From contig CM075990.1 of the NCBI GenBank assembly GCA_038087875.1, positions 17,858,001-17,922,000 on the forward strand: a stretch of 64,000 bases of DNA, written 5' to 3'. The notes beneath the pieces were generated by a model. It was not told where the DNA came from and searched no databases. It saw only the letters and a list, made by a program, of their open reading frames with translations. The DNA comes from Malacoraja senta. Taxonomy: Eukaryota. Both the position numbers and the translations under genes were made by a program. Of this stretch, positions 63,973 to 64,000 are shown piece after piece; position 1 is the first letter of the stretch; the number at the start of each line of letters is the position of its first letter.

Positions 63973-64000
63973 CTGGGAAGCACAAAAAGTCATGGTCACA

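Overview
Eukaryotic, repeat-dense intronic DNA from a vertebrate, most likely a cartilaginous fish (skate/ray-like; inferred from the CR1, Penelope, V-SINE and Rex1 repeat mix). The minus strand carries five internal coding exons of the MYST acetyltransferase KAT6B (50988-50827, 38362-38269, 20365-20134, 17396-17237, 2049-1786). Beyond a 200-N assembly gap (52289-52488) it carries two internal vinculin exons (63972-63782, 58685-58486). All exons have AG/GT borders with matching phases. The rest is mostly transposable elements: CR1 LINEs of three lineages (SGNH-esterase ORF1, APE-RT ORF2), L1, Rex1/Babar, an RNase H LINE nested in a Tc1, Penelope-type repeats, Harbinger-like MITEs, Helitron-like elements, two copies of a 1041-bp DNA element with 7-bp TSDs, and a ~3.85-kb tandem triplication. 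The most notable signals are: (1) an in-frame U_UUA_AAC slippery heptamer plus G-tracts at the ORF1/ORF2 junction of all three CR1 copies that retain it, with ORF2 in the -1 frame (candidate programmed -1 frameshift in a LINE); (2) many minimal hammerhead-ribozyme cores in Penelope-type inserts, several in the sense of the KAT6B pre-mRNA; (3) a mid-gene VCL to mid-gene KAT6B juxtaposition across the gap. All calls are by eye; no database searches were run.
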